Positions 38,058 through 48,100 of a DNA stretch of 60,792 bases are shown piece after piece (position 1 is the first letter of the stretch; each line of letters opens with the position of its first letter). The stretch lies in the IMG/VR virus record IMGVR_UViG_3300009136_000005, positions 1 through 60,792 of that record. One strand, written 5' to 3'. The DNA comes from a virus (Duplodnaviria; Caudoviricetes). Position numbers and translations under genes: made by a program. A model generated the notes under the pieces. The model made no database searches. It worked only from the letters and a program-made list of their open reading frames with translations, and had not been told where the DNA came from.

Positions 38058-38861
38058 TTATGTTCGCCAGAATTGAGCATCGAGATATTTGTTATATGCT
38101 TGTTCACCAATTAAAGATTTAGCATCTACGATAACAGGTTTTACTTCTGGACGAATTATGTGTAACCCTGGAATGCCATGAATGTCATCATTCTCTTGTG
38201 TTACTTGCTCAACATTATTAAAGTCGTGTGCAAATTTTTCTTCACCTAGAAATTCATAAATTTTGTCCATCGTTATCGCTGGTGATGTTGTAAGGTGTTC
38301 AAATTCAATGAAGTGCAATCGATCGTTAAATCCACGACTGATTGCATCACGTATTCTATTGTATGCTATTCCAACTGGTTGATCGTTTCGCATCCATATA
38401 CCAGCGCGTCCTTCAACAGTTTGCCATTCGTAATAGTTACTCTTCTCTTGTGGGAATTGCCATTCGTGTGTTTGGCTTCTGTACAATTTCTCAAACGATG
38501 CAAGAATATCTGTGATGTTTCGAACTGGGACTAATACTTTAATTTTACGATCTAATACATGTTCCGCTAGTTCAATAAATGCTGTCCATGCTCTTGATTT
38601 ATCAAACACTACTGGACGGTTGATGGTGGAATAATAACTTGGCAGTATTTGTTTAATAACTGCGTTCTTACCTTCTTTATTTGGAGAGGCGGCGAATGCG
38701 CCAACGGCCTCCCATTGATTTCTAATAGCAAGAACTATATCTAAAATTCCTGACGTAGATGTTGCATGAAATCTGGGATTTTGGTTGAGGATGTTGCATA
38801 ACAAGGTTGATCCCGAACGTGGGAGACCTGCTATCATATGTATTATTTTATCTTGTGCCAT
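38058..38861 (-). CDS. Sulfotransferase (paralog)
   Basis: GLPRSGSTLL, DKSRAW, VRN...ASFE; TATAAATA 4 nt upstream of ATG. Confidence 0.9.
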   Translation of the reverse strand: MAQDKIIHMIAGLPRSGSTLLCNILNQNPRFHATSTSGILDIVLAIRNQWEAVGAFAASPNKEGKNAVIKQILPSYYSTINRPVVFDKSRAWTAFIELAEHVLDRKIKVLVPVRNITDILASFEKLYRSQTHEWQFPQEKSNYYEWQTVEGRAGIWMRNDQPVGIAYNRIRDAISRGFNDRLHFIEFEHLTTSPAITMDKIYEFLGEEKFAHDFNNVEQVTQENDDIHGIPGLHIIRPEVKPVIVDAKSLIGEQAYNKYLDAQFWRT

Positions 38862-38903
38862 GTGGTATTTATAATTAAATAAACAGTGGTGTCTTAGACT
38901 TTA

Positions 38904-39374
38904 TTATAAAACAAATTCTACACTTACAGCGCCTGAACCATCCCAGCTAGCAGGTACGTTTATTGTTTCGCCAACACCCCAATACCATACTGACCAATCG
39001 GAAGTAGGCCCTGAAGTGCCATCATAGGTGGCATCGGCCGTGTCCAGAGTAATCTCTCCCGCCCCAAGAAGTATAATGCTGGTGAACCATGCTGCACCTA
39101 ACGTCACGGCATCAAAACCAACGTAAACCTCATCTCCTCCTCCAAAACCCGCTGTGAGCCAAGGACTGAGTCCGATGATAGTTTCGCTGTTCCATGTGTT
39201 ATCATTAAGCGAACCAAAAGCACCTCCTCCATTGCCCCACCAGCTGTTAAAAGCAGTGGTCTGAAAACCCACAAGATTGCTGTCAGATGAGTCGAATCCC
39301 TGCGTGACTATTCTAACGTCAGGATCACTTGCCTCTGCTACAGATTGTACTATTTTTCCGGTTGCGCCAAACAT
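38904..39374 (-). CDS. Tail fibre-associated beta-rich protein
   Basis: TAATG coupling to 39374..41611; Trp/Gly/Ser-rich. Confidence 0.55.
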   Translation of the reverse strand: MFGATGKIVQSVAEASDPDVRIVTQGFDSSDSNLVGFQTTAFNSWWGNGGGAFGSLNDNTWNSETIIGLSPWLTAGFGGGDEVYVGFDAVTLGAAWFTSIILLGAGEITLDTADATYDGTSGPTSDWSVWYWGVGETINVPASWDGSGAVSVEFVL

Positions 39375-41611
39375 TATGCGAAGCCCTGTCCACCAAGGAA
39401 TCCCAACCAAGTAGTACCGCCATCACGAGTAACAAACGACACAATATCAACACCTGTTCCCCACGTAGGTTCAGTAGCGGCTGCCCAATCTACCGATGCA
39501 GGCCATGTCAGGGTTGCGCCATCAGCACCCAACAGCTCTAACGTAAAGCTACTCACACGCCCTGTGGCTGCAGGATTGCTGAAGGTAAAAGTAATAACCG
39601 CAGCACCAAGATCTGCTGATGGGTAGAAGTAAGTTGCTAAGGATACATCTAAATCGCGCGTTCCTGTAGTAGCTGTATATTGATCTGCATCTTCAGAATA
39701 TCCAGCTTGCAACTCTAGTTCTCCAACAACTTGTATCACACCATCTGCACCAGAGCCTGCTGCTGTTCCTGGTGTTAATATTATGTCACCTGCATCACCT
39801 GAAGTTGCTCCGCCTGCTCCGCCTGTAACAGTTACATCGCCACCAGCTGTGGTTGCATTACCTGCTGCACCGCTGATTTGTATTGCGCCGCCGACACCAA
39901 GGGTAGTTGGAACACCACCTGTAATTACTACAGCTCCGCCATCGCCCGATGTAACGCCGCCGTTACCTCCGGCTATGGTAACTATGCCGCCAGCACCTGT
40001 GTTACTTCCCGCGCCTTGATCAGCGGTGCCGCCCGTGACAAACGTTCCGCCGCCATTGCCTGACCCATCGCCAGCACCACCTCGAATAGTAGCTGTGCCA
40101 CCGATATCATTGGTAGTAGTTGCTGCCTGACCGCCAAGCACTATCGCGTTACCTGGTGGGCCTGCTCCTGTTAATAATCCCAGGCCACCCCTAAGTGTAG
40201 CATCGCCGCCACCAGTTGTTCCGCGACCGCCAGCTACCAAGGCATATCCGCCACCACCAGTAGTTGCGTCACCAGCTACTATGCTGACCTGGCCACCATT
40301 TCCGTTAACGCCGTCTCCGCCGTAAATACCAACGTAACCACCCGATGAATCTGTAACGTGTGTAGAACTGCCGCCTCGAATTATTACGGCAGCACCCTCA
40401 GCGTAGTTTTGCGACGAAGAACCACCCGTTATGTTAACAGCGCCAGAGTAGGAGTATAAGGCGGTACCTTCGCCGCCAGTTATGTTGACTGCGCCAGCGT
40501 AACCGTACCCTGTAGAGTTGTTGCCGCCAGTTATGTTGACTGCGCCACCGTAGCCGGCGTTTTCTGCTGAAGCACCGGCAGTAATATCAACTGCACCGCC
40601 GGCGCCGGATGTTGCTCCGCCGGGACCTGCTGTAATTGTAATTGGACCACCAGCACCTGTTGTTCCGCCGTTACCGCCTAATAGGCTAGCAGCGCCACCA
40701 GGTTGTGTTCCTGTGGAATTTCCGCCTCTTGCGGATACAAATGCGCCTGCTCTGTTTGTTCCTGTACCGTCACCAGCATTAAGGTCGATTTCGCCACCGT
40801 TTCCGTCTGTTGATGTACCTGCTGTTAAGTTTATTGCGCCGCCCTTAGCGCCTGTTGCTGAACCACCCAGTCCACCAACAATTTCAATTTTGCCTGCATT
40901 ATTAGCAGCACCACTAGTTAGTGTTACGTCTCCGCCGTCAGCGTACTGACCAGCGTTAGGATTTGCTCCACCTGTTAAGTTTACACCACCGGCTTTTGCA
41001 GATTCGCTATTGGCATCTAATACTCCGCCGATAATATTTACAGCACCACCTTGACCGACATCAAATCGCTCACCGGCAGTTACATTAACGTCGCCAGCAG
41101 TACCAGAAGTCGCACCACCATCTGCAGCGACTAATGTGACTGAACCACCAGCGGAAGTGACTGTTGCGGCTGGTTTACCAACAACATCAAAATCATTAAC
41201 GTCTAAGTTTCCACCAAGTTGTGGAGTTGTGTCATCAACAAGATCTCCACCGCCACCACCAGCTGCTGCAAATACTAAATTAGTTGAGCCTAATACGATA
41301 GGATTGATTGTAGTTAACACCCAACTTTGCACGCCGTTAGAACCTTCCTGAACCCAAACTTGCATACCAGAACTAATATCTTCTGAACGGTCTGCATCCT
41401 CTGAACGAGTCCACGTGCCTGACTGAACAACATATATTCCGTTTGTAGTTTGGTCACCTTGACCTGCAACAAGACATCTGTCGCCAGCAATTAACGATAC
41501 AGTATCAACAGTTTGTGGCGCTGATAGTGTTATAGGTGAGGTTGAGACTGCTCTGACAGAGTCTTTCGTCGTTAAGTTTTCAAGTTGAAGAACATTTATC
41601 TTTTTTTGCAT
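39374..41611 (-). CDS. Gly-rich tail fibre protein
   Basis: ITLSAPQTVD..GDRCLV..Q....NGIY head domain; TPQLGGNLDVN; GGAVNITGG repeats; C-terminal WPASVDW...D...TRDGGTTW domain. Confidence 0.8.
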   Translation of the reverse strand: MQKKINVLQLENLTTKDSVRAVSTSPITLSAPQTVDTVSLIAGDRCLVAGQGDQTTNGIYVVQSGTWTRSEDADRSEDISSGMQVWVQEGSNGVQSWVLTTINPIVLGSTNLVFAAAGGGGGDLVDDTTPQLGGNLDVNDFDVVGKPAATVTSAGGSVTLVAADGGATSGTAGDVNVTAGERFDVGQGGAVNIIGGVLDANSESAKAGGVNLTGGANPNAGQYADGGDVTLTSGAANNAGKIEIVGGLGGSATGAKGGAINLTAGTSTDGNGGEIDLNAGDGTGTNRAGAFVSARGGNSTGTQPGGAASLLGGNGGTTGAGGPITITAGPGGATSGAGGAVDITAGASAENAGYGGAVNITGGNNSTGYGYAGAVNITGGEGTALYSYSGAVNITGGSSSQNYAEGAAVIIRGGSSTHVTDSSGGYVGIYGGDGVNGNGGQVSIVAGDATTGGGGYALVAGGRGTTGGGDATLRGGLGLLTGAGPPGNAIVLGGQAATTTNDIGGTATIRGGAGDGSGNGGGTFVTGGTADQGAGSNTGAGGIVTIAGGNGGVTSGDGGAVVITGGVPTTLGVGGAIQISGAAGNATTAGGDVTVTGGAGGATSGDAGDIILTPGTAAGSGADGVIQVVGELELQAGYSEDADQYTATTGTRDLDVSLATYFYPSADLGAAVITFTFSNPAATGRVSSFTLELLGADGATLTWPASVDWAAATEPTWGTGVDIVSFVTRDGGTTWLGFLGGQGFA

Positions 41612-41673
41612 AGTAAAATTCCTGTAAATAGGTGTCTTCTACTATTTATCGTTTCCAGCTAATAAAATGGGGT

Positions 41674-42024
41674 TTATAGTTTGCTTTTGTAACGATCCTT
41701 TACGGCAGTTTTATATAATCCAACATTAGCGTATGCAGATTGAAGATCTGAACTATTCTCGTATGTAATTTCAAGTACTGCGGCAAATGCTTTCTTTGCT
41801 TCAGAAAGCTCTAATGCACGTGCTTCGAGTTCTGCTGCATCAACGTCTGCATCAAGAACAGCTTCAATCTCATCGTATGTTGGTTGAGCTCGACCATCTG
41901 TCCACGAAGTAATAACTCCTGCTCTTGTTGTGCATAAAGCACCTGGAACAAGGTATTCTAATTTACGATAATCTGTAAATTTTGTTAGTGGTATTTCTGG
42001 TGATCCGCCTGGTGAGCCTGCCAT
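41674..42024 (-). CDS. Putative tail fibre assembly/XkdW-like chaperone
   Basis: AGGAG RBS; L.YLVPGA...W.D.R.QPT; begins MAGSPGGSP. Confidence 0.6.
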   Translation of the reverse strand: MAGSPGGSPEIPLTKFTDYRKLEYLVPGALCTTRAGVITSWTDGRAQPTYDEIEAVLDADVDAAELEARALELSEAKKAFAAVLEITYENSSDLQSAYANVGLYKTAVKDRYKSKL

Positions 42025-42047
42025 TTTATTCTCCTGTTATATTATAT

Positions 42048-42112
42048 TTATGATTCGTATTCTGTTATTGATATCCAAGAGCCAACGTTACGCCCACCGA
42101 ATCGGTTGGTGG
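42048..42112 (-). pseudogene. Orphan 3' remnant of a displaced fibre gene
   Basis: Reads STNRFGGRNVGSWISITEYES*, homologous to the C-termini ...TITEYEA* and ...TITEYKA* of the upstream genes; no start codon. Confidence 0.7.
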
Positions 42113-42240
42113 AACTGTGCCTCTGGGACCAAGTAGCTAAGCTTACGGTAGTCCTTGAAGTCACTGAAGGGAATACGTTCCCCTTGGGTTTCTTCCCCGG
42201 TCTCGGGGTCGATGATTATTTCATATTGATCTTGTCTCAT
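42088..42240 (-). pseudogene. Truncated second chaperone gene (5' part only)
   Basis: MRQDQ...IPFSDFKDYRKLSYLVPEA then stop at codon 51; homologous to IPLTKFTDYRKLEYLVPGA of 41674..42024. Confidence 0.7.
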
Positions 42241-43259
42241 GCTTCGTACTCCGTAATCGTTAAATATGCCATCGGTATGCCACCTAGATAATCAGTGGAG
42301 TTATATCCACCCATTGAGTTCGTGGAAGCTACACCACAACCACAGCGTATCGAGAATGTGGTGGAGGCTGTTGAGCCTGCGGTGAGCCTGTGGTCAATGC
42401 TCTGACTTAGGGTATATCCACTGCCATTTGGGTTGACTCCGTAGTCCGCAGCAAGTGCATCAACGTCACTATCACGAAAAAGGGCTGAAGTAATTACATT
42501 ACCTACTGCCATCGTGAAACTCACGGTTGCATTGAACTCAACTCGAAGGATACTCGTGGTGCTCTTCGGGGTTATGCTTGCTGTTATGAACTCACTGCCC
42601 TCGCTGATCTGTGGGATAGTGTTATCAAACGGGAAGGTCCCGGTGCCTGTAACTACAGTGTTCAGATCAGTATGTACCTGCTGCACCACAATACCATGTC
42701 CACTATCAGCAACAACAGTTGGATCTGGATTGTCATATTGGATGTTAACGGAGCCTTCGTCAAAAGCTGTGGCTGTTGTACCAAGCTGGAACGTTGTTAG
42801 TTCACTGTCTAGTACTATGTGTCCAACCATCCAGCTGATAAAATCTGTACTATCAATGGTCATCAATGACCCAACACAAGCCCACGTATTGGTAGCAGCA
42901 TCATGGAGTGTAAAAGTAACTGTTCCGCTTTGGGCTTGTGTGTTCCCAAAGCTTCCATTGGTGAAAGCATTTAGGCTCTGTACAGCGGTTTGTGATGAAG
43001 AACCTAGCCACGCATATATACTGTCGTAGTCACCTGATGTACTGTAAACTCCAGTAGAGTCGCCTAGCCGGAATAAGAGGAAGCCTGTCGAGGAGTGGCC
43101 TAGGTTAGTAACCGTGACCTTGAACTCCTTCACCCCACTTGGGATGGTGAAGTTAATCTCAGTGCCAGCTGTTGTGTCCTGCTTTACACCATTAACAAAA
43201 ATCTGAGTAATACCATTACCAGCAAAAGCAATTCTGTTATTTGAAAAACCTTGTCCCAT
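42237..43259 (-). CDS. Tail fibre/receptor-binding accessory protein
   Basis: FTIPSGVK..., VVQQV..., ITPKSTTS, C-terminal TITEYEA; paralog of 43259..44806; GC-richer codon usage. Confidence 0.7.
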   Translation of the reverse strand: MGQGFSNNRIAFAGNGITQIFVNGVKQDTTAGTEINFTIPSGVKEFKVTVTNLGHSSTGFLLFRLGDSTGVYSTSGDYDSIYAWLGSSSQTAVQSLNAFTNGSFGNTQAQSGTVTFTLHDAATNTWACVGSLMTIDSTDFISWMVGHIVLDSELTTFQLGTTATAFDEGSVNIQYDNPDPTVVADSGHGIVVQQVHTDLNTVVTGTGTFPFDNTIPQISEGSEFITASITPKSTTSILRVEFNATVSFTMAVGNVITSALFRDSDVDALAADYGVNPNGSGYTLSQSIDHRLTAGSTASTTFSIRCGCGVASTNSMGGYNSTDYLGGIPMAYLTITEYEA

Positions 43260-44806
43260 TACGCTTTGTACTCCGTAATGGTAATGGAAGATGCCATTAC
43301 GCCGCCGAATTTACGGGCAGCGGCGCTTCCGTTAAAGGTTATTGTACCTGAATCATCAACCCCACCCCTTACTGAGAAAGTGGTAGAGCTGGTAGTGCCA
43401 GCATCCATCCAATGGGTGAGGTGTAGGATTTGTTGTCGGTTAGCATTGGATGTGTCTTCCTGCTGAGTCATGGCAGCAATTCCGGCACCTCCATCCTGAT
43501 GCAATGCTATAGAATGTCTGGGGTTGCCCACACTGTCAGACGCTTGAGAAACCACCACATCAACGCGAAGCTTATTAGCTACGTCTTTGGGTGTGATACT
43601 TGCCGACATCCACTCGTTGCCATCAGTGATAGCGGGAATAGTGTCGTCGTACGGCAGGACAGTTGTACCTGTTGCTACTTCACCATCCTGCGTATTCACT
43701 GTCTGCACAACACCACCACTGATCACACCTGAGCCAAGATCCAGATAAGGATTCTCATAAGAGCACCCAACAAAAGCGCCCGTACCATCCCACGTACTAC
43801 CATTGGGATTGAGGGCAACAGTTGTTAGCTCTTCACCCAAATCATTTTGAGTACCAGCCACTAAAACGAGCTTGTCGTCCGACAGGTCGGCTCCCATAAA
43901 ACTCATAGCCCAGATATGATTCACTGGGTCTTGGAGCCAGAATTCAGCAGTCCCGTGAATATCATCACCGGCAGCTGATCTTGGGAGGTGCCAGCCATCA
44001 TCTCCATCACCTGTTGTAGCAGTAGCAGCAGTAAGTAAAGTATCCGAAGTACGGTAGCCAGAAGTCATCAACCCGCCAGCCCCACCAATTTGGATAAGGA
44101 TATCGGAGCCTGCTGTGACGTCTGCTCGATTGATATGCAAGCTAAACCGCTTAACACTAGCAGGTATAGTGAAAGTTTTGGTGTCGGTGCCTGAGGCCAA
44201 ACTCTGCTGTGTCAGGAACTTGGTGACTTCAGTCACACCAGCCGGTGTGGAACTATTACCGCTTACTGCCAGGTCAGGATTTTCGTAGGAAACATAGAAC
44301 AACCCATCACCATCCCAGTCATCAGAACTGAAATCTATTTGGAGGGTGGTCAGTTCAGAGTCAAGGGAGATTGCTCCGTTAACTCCGTGAGTTTGGTTAC
44401 CACTCGATTGATCAGCCAACTGTCCTTGGGCAACCCACGTGTTTGTTGTTGGATCAGCTAGAGTGAATGACACAACACCGTCGAAATTATCACCGGCAGC
44501 ACTTCTCTCTACACTAAAGTAAGATGAGATACCAGCAGCGGCAATTGAAGATGCTCCTGTGCGCCAACCTACAGACGCATAACCAGTCGCCTTGACACTC
44601 GTGGCATCACCCAAGCGTATTCTCATATTCTGAGTGCCGTCACTACCCACATTCATCATACAAAGATCGAACTTCTTCACTCCCGATGGGAGTGTGAACG
44701 TGGCTTCGGTAGTACCTGATGAGCGAACTACAGGAGTCAGGTACTTGGTGATCTCTGTCTCGCCAGTTGCCTTAACAATATAATCTTTTGTAAAACCTTG
44801 ACTCAT
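43259..44806 (-). CDS. Tail fibre/receptor-binding accessory protein with duplicated domain
   Basis: Two TEVTK.L..SGT...FT.P..VK.F...YENP repeats then VVQTV...ITPK...TITEYKA. Confidence 0.7.
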   Translation of the reverse strand: MSQGFTKDYIVKATGETEITKYLTPVVRSSGTTEATFTLPSGVKKFDLCMMNVGSDGTQNMRIRLGDATSVKATGYASVGWRTGASSIAAAGISSYFSVERSAAGDNFDGVVSFTLADPTTNTWVAQGQLADQSSGNQTHGVNGAISLDSELTTLQIDFSSDDWDGDGLFYVSYENPDLAVSGNSSTPAGVTEVTKFLTQQSLASGTDTKTFTIPASVKRFSLHINRADVTAGSDILIQIGGAGGLMTSGYRTSDTLLTAATATTGDGDDGWHLPRSAAGDDIHGTAEFWLQDPVNHIWAMSFMGADLSDDKLVLVAGTQNDLGEELTTVALNPNGSTWDGTGAFVGCSYENPYLDLGSGVISGGVVQTVNTQDGEVATGTTVLPYDDTIPAITDGNEWMSASITPKDVANKLRVDVVVSQASDSVGNPRHSIALHQDGGAGIAAMTQQEDTSNANRQQILHLTHWMDAGTTSSTTFSVRGGVDDSGTITFNGSAAARKFGGVMASSITITEYKA

Positions 44807-45141
44807 TATGTAATCTCTTGACCGAATGCACTAAACGAAACTGTTGCGTTATCTGTATAAACTGTAATCTCATCTGCAGCACCTAACGACAAACCTATCG
44901 TTGATGTAAATGTTTCATTCCCTGGAATAATCAAATCGTAATAAATGTAATACTCGTTTGCAACGGGCGAACCTGCTCCGCTCGGCTCAACTGCTACACG
45001 AATTGTAGCTGAGATTGAACTTCTGTTACAAATAACAAGTGTTGATACAACGGCAGACGTAGCGCCAGGAACCGTATACAAGTTAGCGTAATTTGTCGCT
45101 GCGGGATTTGATTGTCCTAATATTTTTAATGTTGTTGGCAT
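44806..45141 (-). CDS. Small virion structural protein
   Basis: KILGQSNP...LYTVP...CNR...SFSAFG pattern; GAGG RBS; ATAAATA upstream. Confidence 0.7.
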   Translation of the reverse strand: MPTTLKILGQSNPAATNYANLYTVPGATSAVVSTLVICNRSSISATIRVAVEPSGAGSPVANEYYIYYDLIIPGNETFTSTIGLSLGAADEITVYTDNATVSFSAFGQEIT

Positions 45142-45183
45142 TTCTGTTCCTCTTGTGTTCTATTTATTATTGTTACTTTTGGG

Positions 45184-48100
45184 TTATCCGCCCATGAATA
45201 AGAATGATGTTGTTATTGGATCTGCAGGACCACTAATGCTTCCAGCTACTTCTAAGTCACCACTAATTAAAACATTCCCTGTTCCGTTAGTAATTTCAAT
45301 CGCATCGATCCAGCTAATGACATCACCAGGTGAACCTGCGATTGCTGAGCGCAATTTAGTATTACCAGTGCCGAGGAAACTTAAAGCACTCACTTCTTCA
45401 ATGCCAGATCGAACCCAATTAGATCCATTGTGATAACCACCACGTATGTAGTGTGAACCACCATCGTTGGTGGCTGACAGGAAGAACGTCTGAGCACCGT
45501 GTTCGATAACATCGAGAGTCGATAGGTGTGTTAAATGTGGAGCTGTACTTCCAAGGGATAGTACCTGACCATTCATATTTACGTTGCCGCTAGTGACATC
45601 GAGGCCATTCGATATAGTCGCTGCGCCGGTCAAACTGAGCGTCGAACCATCAAATGTTAGTGCGGCACTACCATCAATAGCATCAGAACCATTACCAATC
45701 GCAACTTGATTGTCAGCAATTGATCCACCGATAGTACCACCAGATGATTGATTCAATAACCAATCTGTACCAGCATCGTCGGTAAAAACTAATTCATTTG
45801 GTGTTGCAGTTCGAACCCACAATTCACCAAAAGTTGCAGCAGGGAAAGTTCCGATGTGGTTTGCTCGTTCAGTAAAACGCATTGTCCCACTTAATTGTAC
45901 TTCACCAGTTGAGAAATCACCTCCTATTAATGGAGTGTTTGATTCAGCATTATGGAGATATAATCTATTGGATTGGTTAGCTGTTGGTCCAGCATCTGTA
46001 CCAATCATTACATTATTGTCACCAGTAGTTATCTTCGCTCCAGCTTGATAACCAACAGCAACATTGCTATCTGCTGAACTGACTAGTGGCAACGTACCTC
46101 GTCCAATACCTATATTGTTTGCTGAAGTTGTTAGGTTAGTTCCTGATATTGCTCGACTACCAATCGCTATATTGTAACTACCTGTACCGGAGCCTCCACC
46201 TGCAGTAATACCCAACGCTTCTGTACCAATAGCAATATTTCTTTCACCGGAGATCATCATTATACCAGCACTTTGACCAAGACCAACAACATTATTTGCG
46301 GCAGTTAATCTATTAAACGCGTTAGCACCCAATGCAATATTGTATGCTCCTGTCGTGAGTGCAGTTAATGTGTCAGTGCTAATGGCAATATTTAAGAACG
46401 CAGAAGTCAACACCGAAGATTCCATTGCACCTTTACCAATAGCAACATTCTCGCGACCAGTTCCTGCTGCCGATGCATCATAAAGTGCGTTGCTACCTAT
46501 TGCAACATTATCGTCACCAGTCGTTGTAGCTCCACCTGCATTAATTCCAGCAAAGAAGTTACTTAATCCACTCGCTGCTGTTAAGTTTGCACCAGCTCCT
46601 GTACCACCGATTATGTTGCTGTCACCATCTTCTGTAAATAATCCACCTCCACCAGCAGCTTGTGGTTCATATTGATTGTTAGCTGCAACCCAAGTTAATA
46701 CATCTCCATCAGCAATTGGTGAGCCACCATTCGCAGAAATGTATCCTTCAATTGTTACATCACCAGAAAGTGTAGTAAGCGCAGTAGTCAAAGTTATCGA
46801 GTTCTCTGCCCTGAACTCAATGCTATCGACTTGAACGTTGACATCAGTGCCAGAGCGTTCGATAATCATATAGTTGTAGTTAGTCCCGAAATTATCTCGG
46901 GAGATTAGGTGGTTGAGCGTTTCACCAATTACATCTATCTCCCAGATTTTCTGATCTAAACCAGCATCACTCTCATCAAAGCGAAGTTGTGGGTTTGGTG
47001 CGTCAAGATTTAACCGGGCGTTGCCTGCGGTTGCGACTATGTTGAGGGTAGTTGGACTCGCTCCGTTGATCGTAACGGAGGTATCGAAGTTGGCGGCGCC
47101 TGCAACGTGGAGTGTTGTGTCGTTCCATGTGAGGTTTGCACTACCTTCAATTGTTCCATCGCCTGTCCAAACACCTACTTGATTATCAACTGGTGTGCCA
47201 ACTTTAAATACATTAGCAACTGGACTTCCAGCTCCACCACCAGATGTAGCCAAGTCAGTTGACACGCCGTTCAAACGAACAAAGAATTCACCGGCAGCAG
47301 TTACCCACACATCGCCATCAACTGGAGCACTTGGTGCTACACCTTCTGGTATGTTAAAGCTCGGATCTCCAGTCGCACTTGCTAGGAATGTAACTTTTTG
47401 AGCGTGCGTAGTTCCATTAACATCATCAAGCGTCATGGCAGTAGTTTTTACACCAATACCGGTTGATATTTCTAAGTCACCAGCAGTTTCATCCCAACGC
47501 ATCCATGTATTGCCATCATTGCGGAAAAGCATATCCCCTGTAGTAAGGGTTGCGCCATACAGTAAAATATTTGCACCAAGCTGATCAGTACTGCCACCAC
47601 TGATGACCATCAATCCAGTATCATGGCTGTTAACTACATTGGTTTGTAACGTACCACCGCCATCGCCAATCGTTACATTACCGCCAAGGTTTGTTTGACC
47701 AGTTAGTGATAGAGTGCTCCCATCCCATGTAAAATTAGAATCACCTTGAATCGTAGTCCCATCGGTCCATATAGCAACTTCGTTATTAAGTGGAACTGGT
47801 GAACCATAAGCACTTACAGTTCCACCAGCCGCGAGATCAACAGATGCGCCGTTCAGCCTAACAAAGAATTCACCAGCTGCTGTCGTCCATGTATCACCAT
47901 CAATAGGGCTTGTTGGTGCTACACCAGTTTTAATGTTAAGTCCGGCTCGTCCTGCGATGCCAGCGGCAGTATTAACCTTGCCGAACATGTCGAGTCCCTG
48001 ACCATCAATATTTAATATCTGTCCACCACCAACAACGAATACTAATGCTGAGCCGATGTGTGATATGTAATCGTTAGACCCACCATCGAAGAACATCTTG

